Below are positions 53,600 through 62,060 of a DNA stretch of 64,000 bases, in pieces. Position numbers and translations under genes: made by a program. The notes under the pieces were generated by a model. It was not told the origin of the DNA. It saw nothing but the letters and a program-made list of their open reading frames with translations, and did not search any database. The first letter of the stretch is position 1, and each line of letters starts with the position of its first letter. The DNA is from Dehalococcoidia bacterium (GTDB lineage Bacteria; Chloroflexota; Dehalococcoidia; Plut-88900): contig CBDBLV010000005.1 in assembly GCA_965207225.1 (NCBI GenBank), forward strand, positions 640,001 through 704,000, written 5' to 3'.

Positions 53600-54571
53600 C
53601 TAGCTCACCGTCTCCTTCAATGCCGCGGCGCCCTCGGCCATGCGCCTCAGCTTGGCTATCGCCGTCTCCCGGGGCAGGTAATCGAGCCCGCAGCTTGGTG
53701 TTAGATGAATCCTGCCCAAAGACACCCGGGTAGAAACATCCATGACGGTCTTCGCAATCTGTTCCACCGACTCCATACGCACGTTGCGCGCATCCAGGAT
53801 TCCCAACCCCAGCGTCTTGTCAGTCGGGAACCCGTCCAGCAGATCGAAGTTAGCGGAGCCCATCACGAAGTCCAGCCCAAACCCATCAAAGTCCAAATCA
53901 AAGAACCCCTCCAGCCCCGACACATCCCCGAACCACGTATACAGCATCCGCTCGACTTTAAGTTCCCGCGTGAACCTCTCCATAACCTGTTGGAACAGTC
54001 CCCAGTCCTCCTTGTTCCTCACGATCGCCGGCTCATCCACCTGCAGTATGGGCACCCCCTCACCCTCCAGCGCCATGGCCTCCTGCCTCATCGCATCGGC
54101 CAGTTCCATCGCCAGGTGCGCAAGGTCTCGGTGGTGCTCGGAGCGGGACAGCTTGGCCAGTGTGTAGGGGCCCGTGATAATGGCCTTAACAGGCAACGAT
54201 GTGCAACTCGTAGCAAACCGGTAATCGTCCACCGTTATCGGCCCTGACCACCCCACCGGCCCCTTCGCCACCGGCTGCCGGTAGTACGTGTTCGTATCGA
54301 AATAGCGAAGCAGTCCCGTCGCCTCGAACCCGTCTAACTGCCGCGCAATATAGGTCTGCCCGTCGTCCCACCTGATCATCCCGTCAGTCACCATGTCCAG
54401 CCCCGCGCTTTCCTGCTCTTTGATCACTTCCCGGGTGACTTCGTCCTCCACCCGCGCCAGATCCTCGGGGGTAATCTCTCCCCTGTCGGAGCGGGCTATG
54501 GCCCTGCGGAGCTTCTGGCCATCGGGCCCTCTGCCAATCTTTGGGTAATTTCCTACGGCTGTGAGTTTCAT
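53600..54571 (-). CDS. cobalamin-independent methionine synthase, N-terminal half (split MetE)
   Basis: GNYPKIG, RYFDTNTYYRQP, TGPYT, DARN, PSCGLDYLP; no HxC Zn motif. Confidence 0.85.
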   Translation of the reverse strand: MKLTAVGNYPKIGRGPDGQKLRRAIARSDRGEITPEDLARVEDEVTREVIKEQESAGLDMVTDGMIRWDDGQTYIARQLDGFEATGLLRYFDTNTYYRQPVAKGPVGWSGPITVDDYRFATSCTSLPVKAIITGPYTLAKLSRSEHHRDLAHLAMELADAMRQEAMALEGEGVPILQVDEPAIVRNKEDWGLFQQVMERFTRELKVERMLYTWFGDVSGLEGFFDLDFDGFGLDFVMGSANFDLLDGFPTDKTLGLGILDARNVRMESVEQIAKTVMDVSTRVSLGRIHLTPSCGLDYLPRETAIAKLRRMAEGAAALKETVS

Positions 54572-54684
54572 TTCCCTGTAGCGGCTGGCAATCCTATCAC
54601 AGGCATGTCCCGGTCACAATAAGATCGGTCTGGTTCCCTGCATCTAGTAGACTGCTCTTTAGGTTTAGCATGACTCGATGACGT

Positions 54685-55989
54685 TTAGCTGCGCAGGTCC
54701 CTCAAAGACTCTTCCGCCACCGCCAGCGTCCGGTCTATATCCTCCTCTGAATGCACCAACGATACATACATCTTCGGCCCGCCGGGCACCGTCCACACCC
54801 CCCGACGTATCATCCCCGTCTTGAACCGGTACGCCATATCCCCATCCGCCGACCATGTGTCCCGATACCCTTCCACAGCCCTGTCCGTGAACATCACGTC
54901 CACTATCGACTCCTCCTGGCACACGAACATCGGCACTTCCAGCATCTGGCTCAGCTCCTTCAACCCGTCGCCCAGCCTCTTCCCCATCACCGACAACCGC
55001 TCATACTGTCCGGGTCTGCGCAATACGTTCAACGCCGCCCGACCCGCCGCCATCGACACCGGGTTCCCGCTGAACGTCCCTCCGTACATCGCCACCTCCC
55101 CCCGACTCGCGGCCTCCGGCGTGAACGGGTAGAACAACTCCTCCCGACCCACTATCGCCCCGATGGGATATCCACCACCCATTATCTTTCCTAGCGTTGC
55201 CAGGTCCGGCGTGACGCCGTAATACTCCTGGCCCCCTCCCCACGCCAGCCGAAACCCGGTCACGACCTCGTCAAAGATCAGGATTACCCCGCACTGGCTT
55301 GTCACCTCCCTCAGCCCCTCCAGGAACTCCACCTTCGGCGGAATGTTCCGCTGAACAGGCTCGACGATCACGGCTGCCAACTCATCCTTGTTCTCCTCAA
55401 TCAGCCTCGCGGTCGTCTCCAGGTCATTGAAGGGCGCGGCCAAAACCAGCCCCGACAGCGCATCCGGTATCCCCCGCGAGTCCCGAGGCGGATTGGGATA
55501 CTCGAAAGGTTCCTTGTGAGTTCCTCCCCACGCTGTATAGTCGTGAGTCCCGTGGTAGGCCCCCTCCATCTTCATGATCTTCTGCTTGCCCGTGATCGCC
55601 CTGGCCAGCTTCAGGGCCGTCATCGTCGCCTCGTTCCCCGACCCCGTGAACTTGACCCTCTCCGCACACGGCACGGCATTCACCAACGTCTCCGCTAGGT
55701 CGATCATAGGCTCGCTCAGGTTGTAGTACTGCGAACCGGCCCCCGCCTGCGTCTCCACAGCTTCCACCACCTCCGGATGCGCGTGCCCCAGGATCAGCGG
55801 CCCCGACCCCATTACATAATCGATGTATTCCTTCCCATCCACGTCCCAGAACTTGCTCCCCTCCCCCCGTGCCACGATCGGCTGGAGTTCGCGCGGCAGA
55901 GACCCGTGCGTCGTGTGGTGCATCGTGCCTCCCGCCAGGAACTGCGAGGCCCGGCCCATTAGCTCCGCGCTGGACTGTCCTTCAGACAT
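54685..55989 (-). CDS. class III aminotransferase, HemL-like
   Basis: DVDGKEYID, GSGNEAT, FDEVVTGFR, LGKIMGGG, GTFSGNP. Confidence 0.88.
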   Translation of the reverse strand: MSEGQSSAELMGRASQFLAGGTMHHTTHGSLPRELQPIVARGEGSKFWDVDGKEYIDYVMGSGPLILGHAHPEVVEAVETQAGAGSQYYNLSEPMIDLAETLVNAVPCAERVKFTGSGNEATMTALKLARAITGKQKIMKMEGAYHGTHDYTAWGGTHKEPFEYPNPPRDSRGIPDALSGLVLAAPFNDLETTARLIEENKDELAAVIVEPVQRNIPPKVEFLEGLREVTSQCGVILIFDEVVTGFRLAWGGGQEYYGVTPDLATLGKIMGGGYPIGAIVGREELFYPFTPEAASRGEVAMYGGTFSGNPVSMAAGRAALNVLRRPGQYERLSVMGKRLGDGLKELSQMLEVPMFVCQEESIVDVMFTDRAVEGYRDTWSADGDMAYRFKTGMIRRGVWTVPGGPKMYVSLVHSEEDIDRTLAVAEESLRDLRS

Positions 55990-56091
55990 GATTTCTCCTT
56001 CTGGACATGGGGTGTGGGACGGCAGAGAGTATAGCACGGCTCGTGCCTGCTCCCTGTAGATTTGACCCTCTCTGGTCCCGTGTCCCGACCC

Positions 56092-56865
56092 CTAACCTTT
56101 CCGTTCAGGCAGCGCTGCCAACCTGTCCAGAAACCCCGCCGACCTCACTTCCCTCTCCAGCTGATAACGGATGTACCGGCTCAGCGCCAACTCCATCTCC
56201 CCCGCCAGCCCCTCCGGCGTTTCCTTCTCCGCAATCGCCGATGCATCTGAGTTCCTCAAATACCTGAACGACACCACCGCATCCCGAGACATCGGAAACG
56301 CAGACCCTTCCCCATCAGCACACTCCGAGCACAGCACCCCACCAGACCTCGGGCTGAACCAGGCCCCTCCCCTGAACTCCGTCTCCCGACACGACACGCA
56401 AGAGTCCAGCTCCGGCGCAAATCCGAGGATGGACAGCAGCCTCAACTCGAATCTGCGCAGCACGAGCCCCCCGTCCCGGTTCACGGTAAGCGCATTCAGC
56501 GTCTCGAGGAAAGCCTCGTAAAGCTCCGGGCTGGCGTCCTCCTCCCCCGTAAACAGGTCTAGCAGCTCCGCAACATAGAATCCCTGCGCCGTCCGCTCCA
56601 AATCGTCCCGCAACCCCACAAAACTGTCGATTGGACTAACCTGGCTGATTACGTCCAGGTTAGTCCCCCTAGCTATTAGCAACGACACCCGTGACAGCGG
56701 CTCAACATGCCCACCCACCCGACTCTTCGGCTTCAACACCCCCTTCCCCACCACCCTCAGCTTCCCCACGTACGGGCAGTACACCGTAATAATCTTGTCC
56801 GCGTCCCCCAAATCCTGGTGCCTCAGCACCACCCCCTCAGTCTTATATACCCGCGCCCTGACCAT
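56092..56865 (-). CDS. recO: DNA repair protein RecO
   Basis: GVVLR..GDADKII, CVSC..GGVLCSEC. Confidence 0.95.
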   Translation of the reverse strand: MVRARVYKTEGVVLRHQDLGDADKIITVYCPYVGKLRVVGKGVLKPKSRVGGHVEPLSRVSLLIARGTNLDVISQVSPIDSFVGLRDDLERTAQGFYVAELLDLFTGEEDASPELYEAFLETLNALTVNRDGGLVLRRFELRLLSILGFAPELDSCVSCRETEFRGGAWFSPRSGGVLCSECADGEGSAFPMSRDAVVSFRYLRNSDASAIAEKETPEGLAGEMELALSRYIRYQLEREVRSAGFLDRLAALPERKG

Positions 56866-57081
56866 ACCGGCATTATACGTCCGCTGGCCCCCCCACGCCG
56901 TCTATGTCATCCCGAGGCCCCGCGAGGGATCTAAGGCGTCTGCTTAAAGGAAACCGTCGCTTAGCCTGACCAGCCTCTGTATATTGGGGGGTAGCAAGTG
57001 CCTAAGCAGGATGCTCAGAAGTCTCGACTAAGAACCTAAGTGGAAAGGGAATGAACAATAGATTCGAGACCCGGCCCACCC

Positions 57082-57687
57082 CTACAACTCCTGCCGACCC
57101 TCCAGCGCCCGAGCCAACGTCAGGTCATCCACGTACTCCAGGTCCCCGCCCGCGGGGAGCCCCCTCGCCAGCCTCGTAACCCGGATCCCCAGCGGCGATA
57201 TCAACCCGTTCAGGTACATGCAAGTCGCATCCCCTTCGATGTTCGGGTTGATCCCGAGGATGATCTCCTTCACCTGCCCGTCCCGAAGCCTCTCCAGCAG
57301 CTCCTTCACCTTCAGGTCCTCGGGCGTGATCCCGTTCATCGGCGATATCACCCCGTGCAGAACGTGAAACAGCCCCTGGAACTTCCCCGACCTCTCGATT
57401 GGCAGGATGTCCAGCGGCTCCTCCACCACGCAGATCTGGCTCCTGTCCCGACGAAAGTCGCTACACAGTGGACAGACTTCAGTCTCAGCAATGTTCTGGC
57501 ACGAGGCGCACAGCGTTGTCAGCTCCTTCACCGCCATGATCGCCTCGGACAGCGCCCGGGCCTCCTCATCCGGCAGCCGCACCAGGTGATAGGTCAGCCT
57601 CTGTGCAGTCTTCGGCCCGATCCCCGGCAGCCGGTGGAACGCCTCTATCAGCCGGGTCACCGCCGGCGACGTCGGAGAGCTGGCCAT
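57082..57687 (-). CDS. recR: recombination protein RecR
   Basis: LPGIGPKTAQR, C4 finger, HVLHG, EGDAT. Confidence 0.97.
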   Translation of the reverse strand: MASSPTSPAVTRLIEAFHRLPGIGPKTAQRLTYHLVRLPDEEARALSEAIMAVKELTTLCASCQNIAETEVCPLCSDFRRDRSQICVVEEPLDILPIERSGKFQGLFHVLHGVISPMNGITPEDLKVKELLERLRDGQVKEIILGINPNIEGDATCMYLNGLISPLGIRVTRLARGLPAGGDLEYVDDLTLARALEGRQEL

Positions 57688-57702
57688 CGACTGCCCCGCC
57701 CC

Positions 57703-58014
57703 CTACATCCCCGGGATATTGAGGCCCGCCGTCAGACCTCCCAGGTGGCTCGACGCCAGGCCCTGCGACTTCTCGATCGCCTCGCTCACCGCCGCCTGTA
57801 CCAGGTCCTGCAGCATCTCCACGTCCTCCGGGTCCACCACGTCCGGCGATATCGTTATCGACTTCATCTCCTGCTTGCCGTTCATCACCACCTTCACCAT
57901 GCCCCCTCCCACGCTAGCTTCCACCTCCTTCTCCGCCAGCTCATCCTGTGCCTTGGCAAGCATCGCCTGCACGTCCTGCATCTGCTTCATCTGTCTTCGG
58001 AATTGCCTGTTCAT
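57703..58014 (-). CDS. ybaB: YbaB/EbfC nucleoid-associated protein
   Basis: GGGMVKV, DPEDVEMLQDLV; lies between dnaX and recR. Confidence 0.96.
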   Translation of the reverse strand: MNRQFRRQMKQMQDVQAMLAKAQDELAEKEVEASVGGGMVKVVMNGKQEMKSITISPDVVDPEDVEMLQDLVQAAVSEAIEKSQGLASSHLGGLTAGLNIPGM

Positions 58015-58047
58015 TCTCTGCTCCTGGTAAATGCCGGTTGCCGGTTC

Positions 58048-59835
58048 CTAGCCCTTCTCGATGATCCGCGCTCCCATCTCCAGCGCCGCCTTCACCAGCG
58101 GCCCAGGGCCCTGCTCCGACACCGAAGCCACCGATACGTCATTGGCGCCCGACGGCGCCTGCTGTTGGCCGTACCCGCCGTTAGCAGGAGCAGGCTCCCG
58201 GATCTCGGGACCCGCGTCTCGGTAGGTCGGGGCTGGGGTGGGGTTGTTCTTGCCCACCAGGTCGCACCGGATCCGGTATGGCCCCCCGAATACGTCGTTG
58301 ACCTTCTTCTCAACCAGGTGCCGGTACTTCGGGTCGTCGATCTTGTTCTTGTGAAACTCGTGGTAGAAGCCGATTACCAGCGTATCGCCTTCCAGGGCCA
58401 CCGGCTCGCACGCGCTTCTCAGCAAGGCATCCAGGCTCCCCTTTGACCCGACCCCCCTCAATGCATCTACCAGTGCCGGCCACTTCTCCTTGAAGTCGGA
58501 TATGTCCCCGCTCTCCTGCGAGACTGGTGCCGGCTGCAAATCTGCAACTTTCATCGGCCTTACTGGCTCTTCCAACTCGGCTGGAGCCTCGGATGTCCCA
58601 TTGTCGGTTGCCGCCACAGCCGGCTTGGCTTCCGCCGCCCGGGGCCTTGGCTTCACTGGCTCAATGGGAGCCGGAATGCCCCCTCTCGGCGTTCCAACCG
58701 TTGCTGGTTTTCTCGTTGGCTCTCTTGCTGCCACCCTTGTTTCCACTGATGTCGATTCCGCCGCACCTAGCGCCACCTCGATGACGGCCATCTCCAGGTA
58801 CATCCCCCCCGACGAATCAGTCTTCACATTCGCCCTGCTCCAGGATGCCAATGCCCTCTGCAAAGTCTCGATGTCAGACCTCGAAGCCTGCTCCCTCGTC
58901 CCTTCCAGCTCCTCCTCCGGCATCTCGATTACGTCTCCGGCCCCGGCCTTTATCAACAGCAGACGACGTAAATGCTCCTGCATCTCACGGTGGAAGTGCC
59001 TCAGGTTCAGACCCTGCTCCGCCACCCCGTGCAACGCCCGTAGAGCCCCCGGCAGGTCTCCCGCCAGCATCCCCTCGGCAATCTCAACGATCGGCAGCCC
59101 CGACGACACCCCCAACAGCTCCTTCAAATGCTCCGCCTCGATATTCGTCCCGTATGAGACGATAAGCTGCTCCAGCAGGTTCTCCGCATCCCGCAGACTC
59201 CCCTCCGACGCCCTCACTATCGACTTCATCGCCCAGTCTCCGATCGTCACCCCCTCGTCCTCGCAAAGCTCCCTCAACCGACCCTCTACCGCCCCCTGGC
59301 TTAACCGCCGGAAGTCGAACCGCTGGCACCGGGACACGATTGTCACAGGCAGCCTGTGCGCCTCCGTTGTGGCCAGGATGAAGATCACATGTCCCGGCGG
59401 CTCTTCCAGCACCTTCAACAGGGCGTTGAATGCCGGTGTGGTCATCATGTGTACTTCGTCTATGATGTAGACCTTGAAAGGCGCCTCCGCCGGCGAGTAG
59501 TTCACCCTCTCCCTCAGCTCCCGCACCTCGTCAATTCCGCGGTTGGACGCCGCATCAATTTCGATAAGGTCCAATGCACTTCCCTGGCTCACCCCGACGC
59601 ACTGGACACACTCATTGCACGGCTCCCCCTTCCCGTTCCGTGAGCAGTTCACCGCCTTTGCCAGGATCCGCGCCGTGCTCGTCTTCCCCGTCCCCCGGGG
59701 CCCGCAAAACAGGTACGCGTGCGCCACCCGGCCTTGGGCTAGCGCGTTCAAAAGCGTCCGCGTGACGTGCTCCTGCCCCACCACCCCCGCCAGCGTCTGC
59801 GGCCGCCACTTCCTGTACAGCACTTCCGAGACCAT
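58048..59835 (-). CDS. dnaX: DNA polymerase III gamma/tau
   Basis: LYRKWRPQ, GPRGTGKT, IDAASN, DEVHM, SRCQ. Confidence 0.98.
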   Translation of the reverse strand: MVSEVLYRKWRPQTLAGVVGQEHVTRTLLNALAQGRVAHAYLFCGPRGTGKTSTARILAKAVNCSRNGKGEPCNECVQCVGVSQGSALDLIEIDAASNRGIDEVRELRERVNYSPAEAPFKVYIIDEVHMMTTPAFNALLKVLEEPPGHVIFILATTEAHRLPVTIVSRCQRFDFRRLSQGAVEGRLRELCEDEGVTIGDWAMKSIVRASEGSLRDAENLLEQLIVSYGTNIEAEHLKELLGVSSGLPIVEIAEGMLAGDLPGALRALHGVAEQGLNLRHFHREMQEHLRRLLLIKAGAGDVIEMPEEELEGTREQASRSDIETLQRALASWSRANVKTDSSGGMYLEMAVIEVALGAAESTSVETRVAAREPTRKPATVGTPRGGIPAPIEPVKPRPRAAEAKPAVAATDNGTSEAPAELEEPVRPMKVADLQPAPVSQESGDISDFKEKWPALVDALRGVGSKGSLDALLRSACEPVALEGDTLVIGFYHEFHKNKIDDPKYRHLVEKKVNDVFGGPYRIRCDLVGKNNPTPAPTYRDAGPEIREPAPANGGYGQQQAPSGANDVSVASVSEQGPGPLVKAALEMGARIIEKG

Positions 59836-60335
59836 CAGCTTCGCTCCGGAGATAGCGAACTTCTCTCAATTCCCATCTTGCCCAGCGCCCTGGTCTCCAT
59901 CTCTTTCATTAGCTCCGCCTCGGAGACTATTTCGTGGTCGTAACCCAGAAGGTGAAACACGCCGTGGATCGTCAGGAACGCAATCTCGTCTTTGGTCTCG
60001 TGCCCTAGACCCTCGGCCTGTCGTTGGGCCTGCGGATAAGAGATTATCACTTCTCCCAGGTCCTGCTTGCCGCTCGGTGGGCTCACGAATCCCCCCTCCC
60101 CAACCTCCCCGCCCGTCATCGCGAACGACAGTACGTCCGTCGTCCCCTCCTTGCCCCTGAACCGTGCATTAAGCTCCGCCACCTCCTCGTCCCCCGTCAC
60201 CGCCACCGCCACTTCAGTGGCGTATCTGGCACCCTCTGTGTCCAGGGCGCAGGACACGGCTTTCTCTATCAATGCTTCGTCCAACTTGTCGCGATAAGGG
60301 GGCTCGATGAGAAGGCTTAGATCAAGGGGAGACAT
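59835..60335 (-). CDS. ybeY: rRNA maturation RNase YbeY
   Basis: TDVLSF, HGVFHLLGYDH; TGATG overlap with dnaX. Confidence 0.95.
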   Translation of the reverse strand: MSPLDLSLLIEPPYRDKLDEALIEKAVSCALDTEGARYATEVAVAVTGDEEVAELNARFRGKEGTTDVLSFAMTGGEVGEGGFVSPPSGKQDLGEVIISYPQAQRQAEGLGHETKDEIAFLTIHGVFHLLGYDHEIVSEAELMKEMETRALGKMGIERSSLSPERS

Positions 60336-60793
60336 GCCACCAATGGCCGGAATCTGTGCTCCGATAATAGCACAGGCCCCCCGCGCCGAAAACCCCAACT
60401 CCACCTCCAAAGTGACTCTCTCTTCCCTCCCATTCCAATGCCTCCTTAACTGCAGGGATGTCCCTAGTGGGCATCCTCCCCGGCGGACGGGCCACCCACC
60501 CCGAGTTGCGTCGGACCCGTCACCCTTGCCTCCCCTCTCACCCCGACATCCCCCTTCCCATCCCGATGCCCCGCGGGGATCTGCAGCACCCCTCCGTCAC
60601 CCACCTCGTCCCCTGCAATCAGCCACTCGCTTACACGTCATTCCTGCGGAGGCAGAGCCTGCCCCTGCGAAGGCAGGGGAATCCATCCCTCCTAAATGAT
60701 CGCCTGCATCCCGGCAATCCACATCTAACCCCCTCCCCAAACCCACCCTACTCATTGCCACCCTCACACCTACCTGTCTCCTCCCTTGGCAAA

Positions 60794-60828
60794 GACATAT
60801 CAAAAATGCACTGCATTTTTGATATGTC
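60794..60828. repeat. perfect 17-bp palindrome (module B copy 2)
   Basis: GACATATCAAAAATGCA-C-TGCATTTTTGATATGTC. Confidence 0.95.
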
Positions 60829-60901
60829 AATAAAACAGGACGGGCGGGTGGGACCCATAATCATCCCGGGGTGGCGAGGAATTGTGTCCTTTCTTTATCC
60901 C

Positions 60902-61006
60902 CAGTACTGAACTAGAGGCCCACGTGGGTGCAGCGCACCCACGTGGGCCTCTGTTCTTCTTTCCCCCTCTCCCTTATAGGCCCTAAGGGAGAGGAGGACC
61001 AAGGGG
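60902..61006 (+). repeat. family A repeat, copy 6
   Basis: AGAGGCCCACGTGGGTGC-AGC-GCACCCACGTGGGCCTCT plus the second hairpin. Confidence 0.92.
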
Positions 61007-61044
61007 CCGGGGGGATATTCCTCCCAAAAGCCGCACATTTGCTC

Positions 61045-61073
61045 TTGACACACCTGTCCGACAGCACTATCAT
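61045..61073 (+). promoter_or_regulatory. sigma70-like promoter with no clear downstream CDS
   Basis: TTGACA-17-TATCAT. Confidence 0.65.
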
Positions 61074-61303
61074 ATCCTGCGGTCGAACAAATATCTGAAA
61101 ATAAAAGGAGGAACCAAAAACTTAGGGAAGCCCCCGAGACCCCACCCGAGGACTCAACGCCCTAGCCCATCCCAATACCTCTCGCCTCCCATAGGGAGGC
61201 GACCGGCCAATCGCCCCCCTTGCGAGGCAGGAAGGTTGCGGCACAAGCGAACAGCGCCATCTCCTCATCCCTTCGGGTCCCGTGCCCCTTCCCCACCCAT
61301 CCA

Positions 61304-61614
61304 GGCGATGGAAGGTCCACAACATTAACCGGCACGCCCCTCATATAGGAGCCCTGCCGAAAAACCTCGGGCCTTATGGCCCTTGGAAAAATCTCCCCCG
61401 TCGTTCCCCTCGGAGATTCCCATTAACCCAGCGACGGCAGCGAGAAAACGTGTTCCCCACCCCTCCGAGTGGGTCGAGCCAAACTGAAAAACTGGTGGTA
61501 GAGATGCCCTCTGGCGAGAAGTCCTCGCTTGTCTGCCACGTAACAACAGGAACACGGGGCTGAACCAGGCTGGCCTCCCGCCCCCTGAAACTGAGTCCCG
61601 GACCTTCCATCGCC
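61304..61614 (+). ncRNA. candidate structured non-coding RNA (or MITE) of unknown family
   Basis: Perfect 15-bp terminal inverted repeat enclosing several helices, A-rich linkers and a possible pseudoknot. Confidence 0.5.
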
Positions 61615-61893
61615 GACCCTCTCCAAAACAGACAAAACGAAAACCGAGACCCCAAAACCGAATAACCGACCTCAACCGCCATTCCCGACCCTGATCGGGA
61701 ATCCATCCCACGGGTGCGGCCGCTCATGCTGAGCGTAGTCGAAGTACGAGCGGGGAGGCGAGGCTAGAGTGAAGAGCCAAGTGTTGATTTCCCTTAAACA
61801 ATCAAAGCCGTGCTTGAAAACGCAAAACAATCAAAACCCAGCAACTGAAGAAAGCCCTGGCGCATCACTAATCTGTCGGGCCGGTTCGCCCTG

Positions 61894-61922
61894 TTGACAA
61901 CCTTGACAAAGGGTGCTATCAT
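61894..61922 (+). promoter_or_regulatory. sigma70 promoter of rpoB
   Basis: TTGACA-17-TATCAT with extended TG. Confidence 0.75.
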
Positions 61923-62060
61923 GGCAGGTCGAATGCAGTACTGCGTGGGCCCCTGCCCCATTCCTAGCTCAGCCCCCCCAGCTGACCAATTGTACTCACC
62001 CCTCACCTAGTTTAGGCATAGGTATTTTAATATCCGTTTGCCTTGGAGGTTCTAGCCGCG

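Noticed and set aside
56930-57075. Possible RNA element between recR and recO
   Set aside because: Only short pairings (TGCTTA/TAAGCA, GTCTCGA/TCGAGAC) next to a REP are present, which is insufficient support.
61085-61125. LexA box or small CDS after the 61045 promoter
   Set aside because: GAAC-AAAT-ATCT is too far from GAAC-N4-GTTC, and the AAGGAGG at about 61105 has no suitably spaced start codon.
61304-61614. RNase P, SRP or cobalamin riboswitch identity for the structured segment
   Set aside because: GGAAGGTCC resembles the RNase P GGAAAGUCC motif but the 3' P4 partner is missing. There is no SRP GGAAGCAGC motif. The B12-box resemblance is partial and no B12 gene follows.
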